Positions 11,341 to 23,244 of a stretch of 36,004 nt of DNA are shown in pieces. Position 1 is the first letter of the stretch; each line of letters starts with the position of its first letter. Both the position numbers and the translations under genes were made by a program. Source of the DNA: Folioceros fuciformis (lineage: Eukaryota); NCBI GenBank assembly GCA_049999805.1, contig JBNGIO010006317.1, positions 61,311 through 97,314 on the forward strand, read 5' to 3'. Under the pieces are notes generated by a model. That model did no database searches. It was not told where the DNA came from and saw only the letters and a list, made by a program, of their open reading frames with translations.

Positions 11341-14300
11341 CATTCCTCCTTTGACAACAATTACAGATAACGCAACATTTCCTTTCATGGTATAAGAGCA
11401 GGCTATAAGCCTAAATGACTCTTGCTACTTTCCTTTAGAAGCTATGATGGATAACAGAAAGTCTCATTTTTCTCGTAGGTGTTCATATGCTTTTAGAGGC
11501 AAAAAACACGAAACTAACAAAACATCATAGATATGTTCGTCCAAGTCCAAGTGAGTTTGTCTCATGGGAGAACTACTTATATACTTTTGCAAGAGCTATT
11601 TAGCTATCATCAAGCTAGATCTCACCACCATGCTTCTCAATTGAATAGTATACTGAGTTACTTAGACATCATCCAGAGACAACAATATGAAATTCTTGTT
11701 GCTCTCAATCATATTCTAAGCTTTTCTTCCTAGATTTCCATCTACCATCATGGCTAGATCTACTAGTTGTATATACCAAATAGAGAAATTGACCTGTACA
11801 AATTACCATACCTGGTCTACTAGGATAGAAATGTTACTTCTCCGAAATTCTTTATGGGGAATTGCCTCGCGCAACCAGCCATGGGCCATGCTGATATCCT
11901 ATTGCATGTAGAAGATCGTTTGATTCCTATCATCAAACGATTATCTGTTGCTAAAGCCATGTGGGACAAACTTGCAAATACTTACCAAGAGTCTAGCATG
12001 GCCTCACGGCTTCATGCTCAAGATCAACTCTTTGCCTGTAAGCTTGGTGAAAATCAACATGTGTTAGATGTCTACTAGATCAAGATGTCTACAAGATGTC
12101 ACAAGATGTCTACTACTACAAGGTCTACTAGATGTTGTAATTTCTACAAGTCTTAAGCTAGATGAAGAGACGCAAGTCATGCACCTCCCTCAGGGCTCTT
12201 CCCCCTTCTTGGAGTTCTTTCATGTCTACTCAATCAAGCACTATTAAGACCCTTTCTCTTATTTCTCTTATTGCCCTCATCATGCATGAAGCCATGATGA
12301 AGCACCCTAGCCCTTCTACTTCTTCTCATCAAGGCCATGTGGCTCTCTTTACCAATGGTAGAAAACCTTTTAAGTCGCAATCTGGGACTGATAAATTACT
12401 GTCTCGCTTTTTTCCACCTAACCTTGCACATAAAGAAAACGTATGTCATTATTGTGCTAGATGTGGGCACATTGCCCTTGACTACAGGAAGGGTAAACGA
12501 GATCGGGCTAATGATGTAGTTCAAGTTCTTCGAGTTCTTCACCTAAGCCGTCTGCTCATGCTATTAAGTCCACTTTTCTCTTCATGGCTATTACTCTGCC
12601 TATTCATCCACCTAATGATGATTGGCTTATGGAATTTGGGGCCACTAAGCACATGACCTCTCGTAAGGAGTGGTTTCTCTTCGTTGAGGACTTACTGAAC
12701 CCTTTCTCTATTCAAGTTGGGAGTGCTCTCGCACTACAAGCCACATGAATCGGAGTTGTTCAAGTTCAGCTGCTCTCCACAAATCAAGTGGTGTTAATAA
12801 GGGATGTTCTCTATGTCCCTAGTTTGGTAACCAATTTGCTTTCCGTCTGGAAGAGTCTCACTCATGAACAAAGTAAAATCTCGTTCTCACAAAAAGGGTG
12901 TATCGGTACATACACACCTTTTATCAAGAGGGCGAAGTTGTGTTTTTTACTTGTCCTCCACTTGGCAAGCTTTATAACAATATGTAAAATAAATTGAGTA
13001 TGTCCTCAAACCCTTCTTTTGCCTTCTGCTCTAGTCGTATGCCATCGCACCACCCTCCAAAAATGCCATCTATTGCAATTCAAGGGTTTGAGAAGGCCAA
13101 TAACTATTGTTATGCAAATTGACACACTTTTGTTTTTTGATGAAAGCAAACATTGATATAAGGCATACACAAGCATGCAGCCTATCTAGCAAAAGGTCTT
13201 ATCCTTCGAATCGTGTAGATTTTGGCCTTTCAGTCTTAGGCACAATAATGTAGGATTGTCTTTGGTTGGGTTGTCATCGGAGTTGGCTCTTCAGGTTTGT
13301 CTGTTAGTGAAGCCGCGTTGGAGAATGTTTCTAAACAACATTTGTTGTAAAAGGCGTTTAAACATCCAAGGATGCAAAACACTTTAAAGTTCTCACTACT
13401 TACTCAAGGTTTAGATGATCAAAAGAAAGGTGAGTACGAGTCAAATCTCACTACAAAATTGTGCAAAAAGTGGTTAAAAATGATCGAAACGGATTTTTTA
13501 TACATAATAAAATCCAAAAAATAATGAAAATAGGGAAAAAAACTTGAAAACCGTGAAGCCATGGCACGCTCATGTGCGTGCCAAGTGAGTAAAAAATGAG
13601 ATTTTTTAGGATATGTTTTAGCCAATATGAGCTTAAAATGTGTGCTAGCTATTTTATGGAGTGCACTTGTGTGTGCAAGCTTGGTCATGGCGCACACTTG
13701 TGCGTGCCAACCGAGTCATGGCATGCACAAAGTCATAGCAGCTAGGTCATGGTGCACATTCGTGAGCACAGGCTTGCTCAGAGCAAGAACTTGTGCGTAG
13801 TGATTTGCTCCTAACGCAAACTTTTGTGCAACAATTGGTTTGTAGCAAGAAGTGGAAAATACCACTTAGCTTCCAAACTGCACTTCTTGATACCAATAGT
13901 TTGATTCAAAGGCTCCTCAACGTGGGAAGAGTAAAACGAAAATGAAACCCTAGAATTCGAATCCTTAGCCTGTTGATCAGCCGTTTTTGGAGGTGTTTAA
14001 GGTTGATTCAACATCTTGAAGATCGCTACATCTCTTCAACACTCAATGTTGAAGAGGAAGAAGGGAGTGCCTGGCTAGTAGTGTCTTGGAATTGCCTTGA
14101 GTTCTGTAGCCTATTATGATGGTCTCAAGTGCATGGTGCGCACTTGGGCATGCCAAGCTGTGTGGTGGGTGCGTACTTCTGTGCGCCATGAAAACTTGCA
14201 AATTTTGTATCCTTGAAACCCACGGTTTCAACCTAATTACACACCGGCAGAAAACATGGGTTTACGAGAACAAAGAGTATGAATGGACATTCAAAATCAA

Positions 14301-16013
14301 GTGTGGATGGAAATCTAATACATTCACGTCCTATCATAACGTTCATGTTATGATTGCATCGTGAAGAGTGCATGTTGTCTTCCTTTTCCCACTTACAAAA
14401 GCCACGAAAACCAAGTGTAATGGCGAGAATGGTCATTTACTGTTCAAATTTAAAGCAAAACCCCATTTTTGTGGATAGACCGAAACTATTTCAAATGGGG
14501 TTTTATCCTATTGCTCGTGGCATGGTTTCTAACCTTTCTACTGTCCAAAGCTTTAGTATTACCTTGCCTGCGGATTTAGATTTAGGATCACCGGTGCCTG
14601 CGGATGCTGGCCCTCGCCGCTCCCTTCACAACTACAAACAATGGTCTTATATGACATATTTAATAACAGGGGAGTGGTGATATCACATATCATATGACGA
14701 ATAAGCATCTCACCAGAAATGTCTTTATCGCGTCTTTCAAAATCGTGCTCAATTTCCAAATGACAAATCGGGTCCGTTCCTTGGACCGGTGGACATATTA
14801 GTCCTGTTTCTCGTTGTAGTGTCCTCAAACTGGTTTTCGCAGCCCAGTCTTGCCCGACCTTTTCCAGTTCGGGGTTCTCCGTGAGAGCTATGTGGCACAG
14901 CCCGCACAGTGGGAAGGAATTTTTACGATCCTGTCTACCTGTTCAACGGGGTGCGTGTACAGTTGCCACCTACCACCGCATAGCCCTGTATGTTTCAAAT
15001 GTGGGAGGTGAAAAGCCTTATCTTGCCACGTGCTGTATTGTGATACGGTTATGCTGCTAAGCAGTCCGTGTGTACTAGTCCGAAGCGTAACATCTAAACT
15101 ATGGCTTTAGCTGTAATCAGGGATTCAGGCTCTGCGTACCACGACTCAACCCATGCCAATGTAACTTGTATTACAGTAATTGCTAGTTCACTAGCACAAA
15201 GACCCATTACGGCAATTCATAAACGACATTTTCTTCTAATCCATTTGTTCTTACTTGATAGTGCACTTCAAGCGTCCCCTTCTTCACCAACTACTTGTCC
15301 ATCCTTCACCTTCCTTCGATGTCGTGCTAGCTTGCGTTGCTATCCATCCTTTAGTTTCCGAATGCCACCTCAGAGCGCCCTACCCGCCATCTCTTCGGGA
15401 CAGTCCATGCCCGGAAACAACTACGCTCCACCCCCGCCCCTTAATTAATAGTTGTCTTGTCACCCGACATCCTGGATTGCGGTCATGCTCGCCTCGCTTC
15501 GCGGTGGTGTGCTCATGAACATCGGCTCCTTGAATTCCTCCTTCTACACACAAACCGCATAGCCTACACTCAAACTCATGGTTTGAATGAGCATGCCACT
15601 AGATGTTTTTGTTAGAAAAGCCTCCCTCACTTGCACTATTGACGCCCAATCCTGGAAGTGCGGCTTGTTCCTGTGCATATCAAGTAAAGACGTCAAAGTC
15701 CATGGGCATCGTAGAGGCTTCATTTGCACCACTGTATCTGTATCTGCTTGTGCTCGTGTTAACAAGCCTTCCTTGTCCGCTGCACCTGTGCCAATTGATC
15801 ACAAAGTTAGGCCGGAACCCATGTCAAAGCCCACACACCCTCAATCACTGACTTGAAACGCCTTCGGACACCACACTTACAAGGTGGTTGTCTCGGCTGT
15901 TCCACTTCCCTTGGTGTGGCGGCCAAATCTCGGGGAGTGGGACAGCAGATTAGGCGTCTTGTCGCATCTGCACCGCTTTCTTTTTAGATCGGTTCACCCG
16001 CGATGAGAAGGGC

Positions 16014-16149
16014 AAAGCTTTGAAAAGCTGATTTGAAACCTGGACTTGAAACCGACGGGTTTGGAATCCTTCCATCCCGGGAAAGCTTTGAAAAGCTGAT
16101 TTGAAACCTGGACTTGAAACCGACGGGTTTGGAATCCTTCCATCCCGGG
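16014..16149. repeat. ~69-bp tandem duplication
   Basis: aaagctttgaaaagctgatttgaaacctggacttgaaaccgacgggtttggaatccttccatcccggg occurs twice. Confidence 0.9.
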
Positions 16150-16255
16150 TATGGAAAGCCGGGTATGGAAATGCAGGTACAGAGAACGGGTGCAAAAACC
16201 CGAGTATGCGACGGGAACCACAAACTGATGTTGCTGCTATATCGATATGAAGCCA

Positions 16256-16306
16256 CGGTACATCGGGTTGCGCGGTACATCGGGTTGCGCGGTACATCGG
16301 GTTGCG
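16256..16306. repeat. 17-bp tandem repeat, 3 copies
   Basis: cggtacatcgggttgcg three times. Confidence 0.92.
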
Positions 16307-16372
16307 CATCCGCACGGGTCTGCTGACCGTATTTGCCTTAATGGCCATAGGGTATCGATGGGAAAGCGTGTA

Positions 16373-16610
16373 TGGCGCACCACAAGCCTGCTTCCTGACA
16401 AGCACCGTGAGTGGCGCCCCACAAGCCTGCTTCCTGACAAGCACCGTGAGTGGCGCACCACAAGCCCGCTTCCTGACAAGCACCGTGAGTGGCGCACCAC
16501 AAGCCTGCTTCCTGACAAACACGAACCGTGAGTGGCGCACCACAAGCCTGCGTCCTGACAAGCACCGTGAGTGGCGGCGCACCACAAGCCTGCTTCCTGA
16601 CAAGCACGAA
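16373..16610. repeat. ~39-bp minisatellite, ~6 copies
   Basis: Unit tggcgcaccacaagcctgcttcctgacaagcaccgtgag with small indels and no spacers. Confidence 0.92.
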
Positions 16611-16944
16611 TGTCTAAGCCAAGAGCTTGCTCGTGACTTCGTAACAAGCACGAACATCTTAGCCAAGAGCCTACTCGTGACAAGCACGAACATCCTTGGT
16701 AGGAGTTAGTATCCTCACTTAAAGAGATCATACTACTCCAATTAGGTGAAGCCATCATACCAAGAGTCACGCCCTTGGAGAGTGACTAAAAAACATGTTG
16801 AAACCAACAAGGAATCCTTTCCACTTTCTCGGCCACGAGCGCGCACCGGGATAATCCTGTAGAAAATTAATCCCCATGGATCGGAGGCCACGGCGTGTTA
16901 GAAATGCTCTCCCGTGGGAATGTAGCCTCGGTCAAGTAAAGATT

Positions 16945-18505
16945 CGACGCGCTTCATGTCTGTGGACAGGTGAAGTGGCAGCGATTTCGGCCTCCACCTC
17001 ACTGGAGTCTGCGTTGCCTATTCAACCTTCGCTCTCTCGGCGAGCCACATGATGTTTTCTACATCGCAAACATTCGCCTCCAGTGCTTTCAGTATGACCT
17101 CATTCCTCACTTTATCTCTCTTTGCAATCGAGAGAGCGCGATCGAGATGCTGTATACACCATCCACCTTGGTCTTCCGCCTGACAAATCAAAACAGTCCA
17201 GCTAGGATCTGAGCAAGCAAACATTCATGTAGATGAGCATATAACAACAATCAGGACTGCACAGCAAATTTTTCCACGGGAAGAAAAATTTAACTCACAG
17301 CGAACTTCTCTGATTCCCCTGTCAGCAAAAACGACTCAACAAGTCTTGCATTTCGATCTTGTAATGTCTGATCCAGCCATTGGCACCCGTTCGCACACCA
17401 CTGCGGCCTGGCTGCCAGATTAGGGGAAACACCCCCTGCGTCTGCCATCATTCCCACAACACTCCCATCACCTTACTTGTCACCCTCCCGGGTGTTGAAA
17501 ATGTTGGATGCAGCATGTTCTAGTTGTTTTAGAGAAAATGCAGAATGTTACATTACCATCGGGTAAAAGCAAGAAAGAAAGAGGCTGCACGGTAGTTAAA
17601 ACCAAAAGCAAGGAGGCAATGTCACCATCGCCTCCAAGAACAAAAAACCTCCAGTGCAATTGTTCTGACCTTCCTGTTCGAGTGATGCGCCGTGCAGGTA
17701 TATGTAATCAAGAAGAGTCGTGTCCCCCGCTTTCGTGGCGTCCACCATGCAAGGCCTCCCGTTGCTATCCTCTACAATCATCGGTCCCACGAAGTTGATG
17801 GCTCTGTTCACGTCCTCCGGATGTCGGACGTCGTCGCAAGTATCAAGCAGCGAGCAGACCCCGGCAGTCGCGTCCGCTAAAGCAAGCTCCCGGACTGACG
17901 GCATGTATAGCCGCATGGCTTCATACAAGCCGTCCGGCTTAAAGAACCTCGGGGAATGATACTCTTCCACCACAACATTCCAAAGCGGATCCCTGGCCTC
18001 CGCTCCCAACTCTGATCTCGTTTCTGAATTCCTTCCATACACCTTCACAGTCCCGTCAAACTCCTCAGGCCTCTCAGGATCCCAAGCGTAGATCCCGACC
18101 GCAGTGTGGGCAGCGCCGGCGTCCTCCATCCCCTCGGGGAAGCACTTCCTATCGATGTTTCTAGGATCATCCAACAGCGCCATCTCCTCTAGCGCCCGCA
18201 GCATCGACACATCGTAGTAAACCATAGCGTCGCTTCCCGCACCCTGCGCCTTCCTTTCCGCATCGGAAATCGTCGCGCCATGCGTGACAACAGTATCCGA
18301 ACACAACTGCGTCTCCCGCCCACGGAATACGGACAGCGTCTCCCTGCTCGGCCGTGTCCATCCCTGCCCTTGCCCGTACTGTGCATGCGTGGGGGCCAGT
18401 TGCGGGATGAGGAAGCTTGCAACGCTGTACGGACTACGCTCCTCCGGGACGCAGTCCCCGACCACCAGCCGCTTTTTCTCCAAGAGCGGTACAACGCACA
18501 GCTCA
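16945..18505 (-). pseudogene. Copy C of the Uma2-like/ankyrin gene; native 5' end lost, premature stop
   Basis: ORF 17596-18690 is homologous to copies D/E only below ~18505. Predicted introns are 17669-17442 and 17298-17180; exon 2 has an in-frame 42-nt deletion. TAG at 17018-17020 sits where copy D has CAG, and homology continues (RWRPKSL). Confidence 0.85.
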
Positions 18506-18849
18506 CTACATGTTGTAACATGTATTCTTATGATGTGTGTTAGCGGATATGCATCATTGTTTTTGTAGTGAGTATACTCATGAGTTGTTTTGGAGAGCTC
18601 ATAGTTATGTGAAGATGTGGTGTGCCATGGTTTGGAATTCAGAATTTCTTGATAAGATTTAATTTTTGGAGATGGGGACTCGCTTATCATCTATGTCGTT
18701 GCTTTCCTCCATGATAGCTACTTAGGTCTCCTTGCAACGAAATCTTTGATCTTAAGGTTTAGAGTGCACACACTTGAATAAGTCTTTTAGAGCACACCTG
18801 TAAGCAATGTCTGTCATAATGCAGCCAGTAATGCAAGTCGGCAATTTCG

Positions 18850-19095
18850 CATCGGGTCGTGAACGGCAGGGAGACACGGTCATCCTCACTCCCGAGGACA
18901 AGAAACAGCTCCACAACAACAGTTTGTTTATGTCCGCCGAGTGATGCAGACTACGTGCCGGTGCATATGATCAAGAACGGTCCGCCTGCTCTCGCGGCCT
19001 CCACCATGCAAAGCCTCCTGTTGCGGTCTTTTATGTTGAGCGATTTGACGAAGTTGATGAATTTCTTCACTACCTACGGATCTCGGACGTCACAC
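18850..19095 (-). pseudogene. Short remnant of another family copy (end of exon 1 plus intron 1)
   Basis: DNA similarity to ~20900-21110 and ~25500-25730 (ctcgcggcctccaccatgcaaagcctcc...cggatctcggacgtc). Confidence 0.75.
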
Positions 19096-19899
19096 CACTC
19101 CATGCTCCTGCACTCCTTGTGTGCTGCATGAGGCCCTTGTGTGGATCACGGAAGCAATCGGGGGCCACGCGTACTCCGCCAGTTTCGGCATGTAGAGCCG
19201 CAGTCCTTCATGCGAGGCATCCAGCTCGAAGAATCCCCGCCCTCGCCGGATCCCTCATCACAAGAGCGCCTAAACCCTAAGTCGTCCAACTACACCATTC
19301 TCCGCCGTGCTCTTCATATTTGGTATGCTCTAAATCCCATCCTCGCTGCTTTTCCCTCATGCATTTGTGGTGTTGTCCCTTTCAGTAGAGAAAGGACTTC
19401 CTCTTCACGGGGACGGAACAAACCCTTGCTCCAAAGAGGCTGGCTAGATCTTACCTTGCCTTCATGCTAGGCTTGTTGCGAAGGATCGCCTCGCGTTCAC
19501 AGGGACCTCAAACACCCTAAACCCTAACCTACGTTTGATTTTGGAATCGGATTGACACTCGCATCTGCTCCGGCCTGCTGGTACGGTCCGGTCACCAGCA
19601 CAGGACGTCCGTGATCTTGTGCTCAAACAGTTACTACGTAGCTTCCCAAGGTGGGCCGTGACGGCTGATGTAAGCGGTGGCGAGTTGTCCACCAACCTAG
19701 CCTGTTGCTTGCAGGGAAACCCATATTCCGAAATGTTCAATCAAATACACCACGCTCTGTGACAACGATAAAGAAAACAAAGAGTACCATATCTGAAAGA
19801 CGAGATTCCTTCCATTCATGTGCCTGCGGATTATCCTCTCCACAGTCTACACTGTCCTCTATGTCTGAAGGAGATGAAATATCTCTTCTCAATAAGCAT

Positions 19900-22800
19900 T
19901 TACACAGTTACTGCAGGCGATCCGGATGGCGCGGGAGCCGGGGAGCTGATCTGCTCGGCCACTATGTGCTCCTGGAGTGCGTCCCCGGCAGCGGGAGAGC
20001 TGCTCTGCTCGGCCTCTATGTGCTCCTCGAGTGCATCCCCGGCAGCGTGAGATCTGCTCTGCCCAGTCATTATGTGCTCCTTGAGTGCAACCATTTCGTC
20101 GTTGGTCAGTGACTTCGTGCGCCCAAGAAGTTCGAGAAGTACTCCGGAAGCATCGGAGGTCACGGCTTGGTAGTAATCTGCTACCGTCGGAACGCAGCCT
20201 CTTTGCAGTAGAGATTCGACAAGCTTCTTGTTGCTTACCTTGATGGCCGTGGACAGGCACAGCTGCAGCGATTTCGGCCTCCACCTCTCTGCAGTCCGCC
20301 TTGCCTGTTCAGCCTTCTCTTTCTTTAAGAACCACTTGATGTTTCCTTCATCAGAACACTTCGCCTCCAGCATTTTCACTATGGGATCATTCCTCATTTT
20401 ATCTCTCTTTGCAATGGAGAGAGCGCGACCGAGATGCTCTGTACGCCACCCACCATGGTCTTCCTCCTATTCAAACAGTCGAGCCAAGTTCTGAGCACGC
20501 AAACATTTATGTAGATGCGCTTGCAACCACAATCAGGACTGCACAGCAAATTTTTTGCACAGGAAGAGAAACATTTGACTCACAGAGAACTTCTCCGATT
20601 CCCCTGCCAGCAGAAGGCACTCCACTAATCGTGCATTCCGTTTTCGTACAGCCAGATCCAGCATCATCTGCGGATGACGTAGCATACATCCATGCTCTTC
20701 CAGCCATCGGGACACCTCCGCACGCCGCTGCGCCCTGGCTGCCAGGTAAGGAGAAACACCGTCTGCGTCTGTCATCATTCCCACAACACTCCATCACCCT
20801 ACTTGTCACCATCCCGGATCGTGAAAATGTTGCATGCGGCAGGTTATTTTACCGTCGGGTCATACCAAGAATGATAGAGTGCACGGTAGTGAAAACCGAA
20901 GCGAGTAGTCACTGTCCAAGAACAAGAAACGTCCATCACAATTGTTCTCACCTTTCTCTTTGAGTGATGCGCACTGCAGGAACATGTATTCAAGAAGGGT
21001 CAAGTCCCCCGCTTTCGCGGCCTCCACCGTGCAAAGCCTCCCGTTGCTGTCCTTCATCTTCAGCGATCCCACGAAGTTGATGGCTCTCATCACTTCCTCC
21101 GGATCTCGGACGTCGCAGCAAGTCGTAAGCAGCGAGCCCACACTGGTCGTCGAGTCTACCAAAGCGACCTCCGGGATCGTCGGCATGTATAGGCGCATGC
21201 CTGCATGCAAGCCGTCCAGCTTAAAGAAGCTCGGCCAGCGATACTCTTCTACCAGAACATTCCAAAGAGGATCCCAGGCCTCCGCTCCTAACTCCGATCT
21301 CGTTTCAGAAGTCCTTTCATACACCTTCACAGTCCCGTCGAACACTCCAGGCCTAGCAGGATCGCACGCATACAGCCCGACCACAGTGAGCGCGGCGCCA
21401 GCTTCCACCATTTCTCTGCACTTCCTGTCGATGTCTGCCGGATCATCGGACTTCGCCATCACCACCAGCGCCAGCAGCATGGGTACATCATAGTACACCA
21501 GATCCTGCCTCCCCGGACACAGCAGGTGCGTGTCCGCAGCCAAAGTCACCTCGCAATCCGTGATACTCATATCCGGATAGAACTGCTTCCTCCACTCCCG
21601 GTACACGTATAGCGTCCCCGTGCTGTGCACCAGCCATTTGTGTTCCAGCCCAAAGCGCCCCTGCGCGCTGCTCACCTGCATGAGAATGACAGCCACAACG
21701 TGTGCCATTGCAGGCTCGAGAGGGGCGCAGTCCATTACCACCAGCCGACTCTGCTCCAAGATGGACACAATGAACAGCTCCGGGTAGTCCAACTGCAGCA
21801 AATCCACCAGCGGCGGATCAAACTGGCCACCCTCGAACACTGCCAGTTTGTTATCCCCCGATTTCACTGGCGTGCATCCTGCCGGCAGCTCTAAGCTGAG
21901 ATTCCTTCCCCGGATCTTGAACCCCAATCTCAGCTTCTTCGATGTGGCGAAATTGCGCGGGGCAGCATCTGTGCCGACTTTGCTGCTGTTGCTCCCTTCC
22001 CCGCTCGCCAGCGGCCTGTGCTGGACTTCAAATCGTTCTTGGATCACATCGAACGACTGCTGGCCATGGTCGCTCCCTTCCTCGATCCGCACTGGTACGT
22101 GCGGCTGCTGGCCCTTGCCGACCCCTTCCTTCATCCGCACCGGTAGCTGCGGTTGCTGCCCCTCGCGGCTCTCTTCCTCGATCAGGGCCGGGTCCGGTTC
22201 CCGCGGGAGCTGTCCCTCGCCACTCGCTTCCTCGGTCCGAACCCGTACTTGCTGCTGCTGGCTGTCAATAATCCCTATCTCGATCAGGACCGGTAACGGC
22301 GTCTTCTGTCTCTCGCTCTCTTCCTCGATCCTCACCGGTACGTGCGGCTGCTGGCCCTCGCCGACCCCTTCCTGCCTTTGAACCGGTGCCTGCGGCTGTT
22401 GCCTCTCGTGGTTCTCTTCCTCCATCAGCACCCGGTCAAGTACCTGAGGACGCTGTCCCTCTGCGCTCTCTTCCTCGGTCCGCACCGTTACTTGCTGCTG
22501 GCCGCCTTCGACGATCCCTTCGTCGATCAGGACCGGTACCTCCGTCTGCTGTCGCTCGCCGCTCTCTACGGCGATCCGCACTGGTACATGCGGCTGCTGG
22601 CCCTCGCCGACCCCTTCCTGCATCCGCACCGGTACCTGAGGCTGCCGCCCCTCGCGGATCTCTTCCTCGATCACGACCTTGTCCGGTACCTGCGGGTGCT
22701 GTCCCTCTCCGCTCTCTTCCTCGGTCCGCACCGGGGCCTCCTGCTGCTGGCCCTCGACGACCCCTTCCTCGATCAGGGCCGGTACCTCCGTCTGCTGTCG

Positions 22801-23244
22801 CTCGTCGCTCTCTTCCTCGATCCGCACCGGTACCTCCTGCGGCTGCCCCTTGCCACTCGATTCTTGGATTCGCACAGGCTGCTGTGGCTGCTGCCCGTGG
22901 CCGCATCCATCATCGATCCGCACTGGTACCTGGGTGTGCTGGCCCTCGAGGATCCCTTTGTGGATCAGCACCGGCACCTGTGGCTGCTGCCCTTGGCCGC
23001 TCCTTGCCTGGATGCGCACCGGTAGCTGCGGCTGCTGGCCCTCGCCGCTCCCTTCCTCAGTCAGGACCCGTGCCTGCGGGTGCTGGCCCTGGCCTCTCCC
23101 TTGCCCGGTCAGGACCGGTACCTGCGGCTGCTGCCCCTCGCCGCTCTCTTCCTCGATCCGCTCCTGGGGCTCCTGCTCGCGCTGGTCCTCCTGCCCGAAG
23201 CATGGCCAGAAGAAGGGAAGGCATTGGCCCCAAACATTTCCCAT
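19900..23244 (-). CDS. Copy D: predicted 3-exon gene (23244-20952, 20768-20584, 20466-19900), ~1014 aa; putative acylated N-terminus, repeat stalk, Uma2-like domain, ankyrin repeats
   Basis: ATG at 23244 (MGNVWGQCLPFFWPCF) matches the copy E start. GT-AG introns of 183 and 117 nt lie at positions conserved in paralogs. The spliced frame is open throughout and yields VEAAKAGDLTLLEYMFLQCASLKEKDADGVSPYLAARAQRRAEVSRWLEEHG (ankyrin consensus). Confidence 0.8.
22057..23154 (-). repeat. Coding 48-bp (16-aa) repeat array, ~22-23 units
   Basis: Consensus ~EEESGEGQQPQVPVRI; the last 15 full units form three ~82-aa higher-order repeats. Confidence 0.9.

Larger units (their letters stand above)
3378..12997 (+). 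mobile_element. Older, truncated Ty1/copia element whose 5' LTR (3378-3487 + 11346-11387) is split by the nested element
   Basis: TG start at 3378 where gene homology ends; ...TTTCA end at 11387 followed by PBS-like TGGTATAAGAGC (11388-11399). Decayed gag (AKAMWDKLANTYQ, ALPPSWSSF, CHYCARCGH) and protease-region remnants (IRDVLYVPSLVTNLLSV) extend to ~13000. No 3' LTR found. Confidence 0.7.

Noticed and set aside
16373-16610. CRISPR-like array
   Set aside because: Units are contiguous with no unique spacers, no cas genes are present, and the context is eukaryotic.
15950-16770. 247-aa and 177-aa ORFs
   Set aside because: Products of tandem repeats open in many frames, with no recognisable domain.
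18506-18690. N-terminus of the 364-aa ORF as the real start of copy C
   Set aside because: AT-rich and non-homologous to paralogs; likely chance read-through into foreign sequence.
20467-20490. Apparent premature TAG in exon 3 of copy D if the upstream ctcag is used as acceptor
   Set aside because: The TAG itself is the better T-rich acceptor, and using it keeps the frame open in copies C, D and E.
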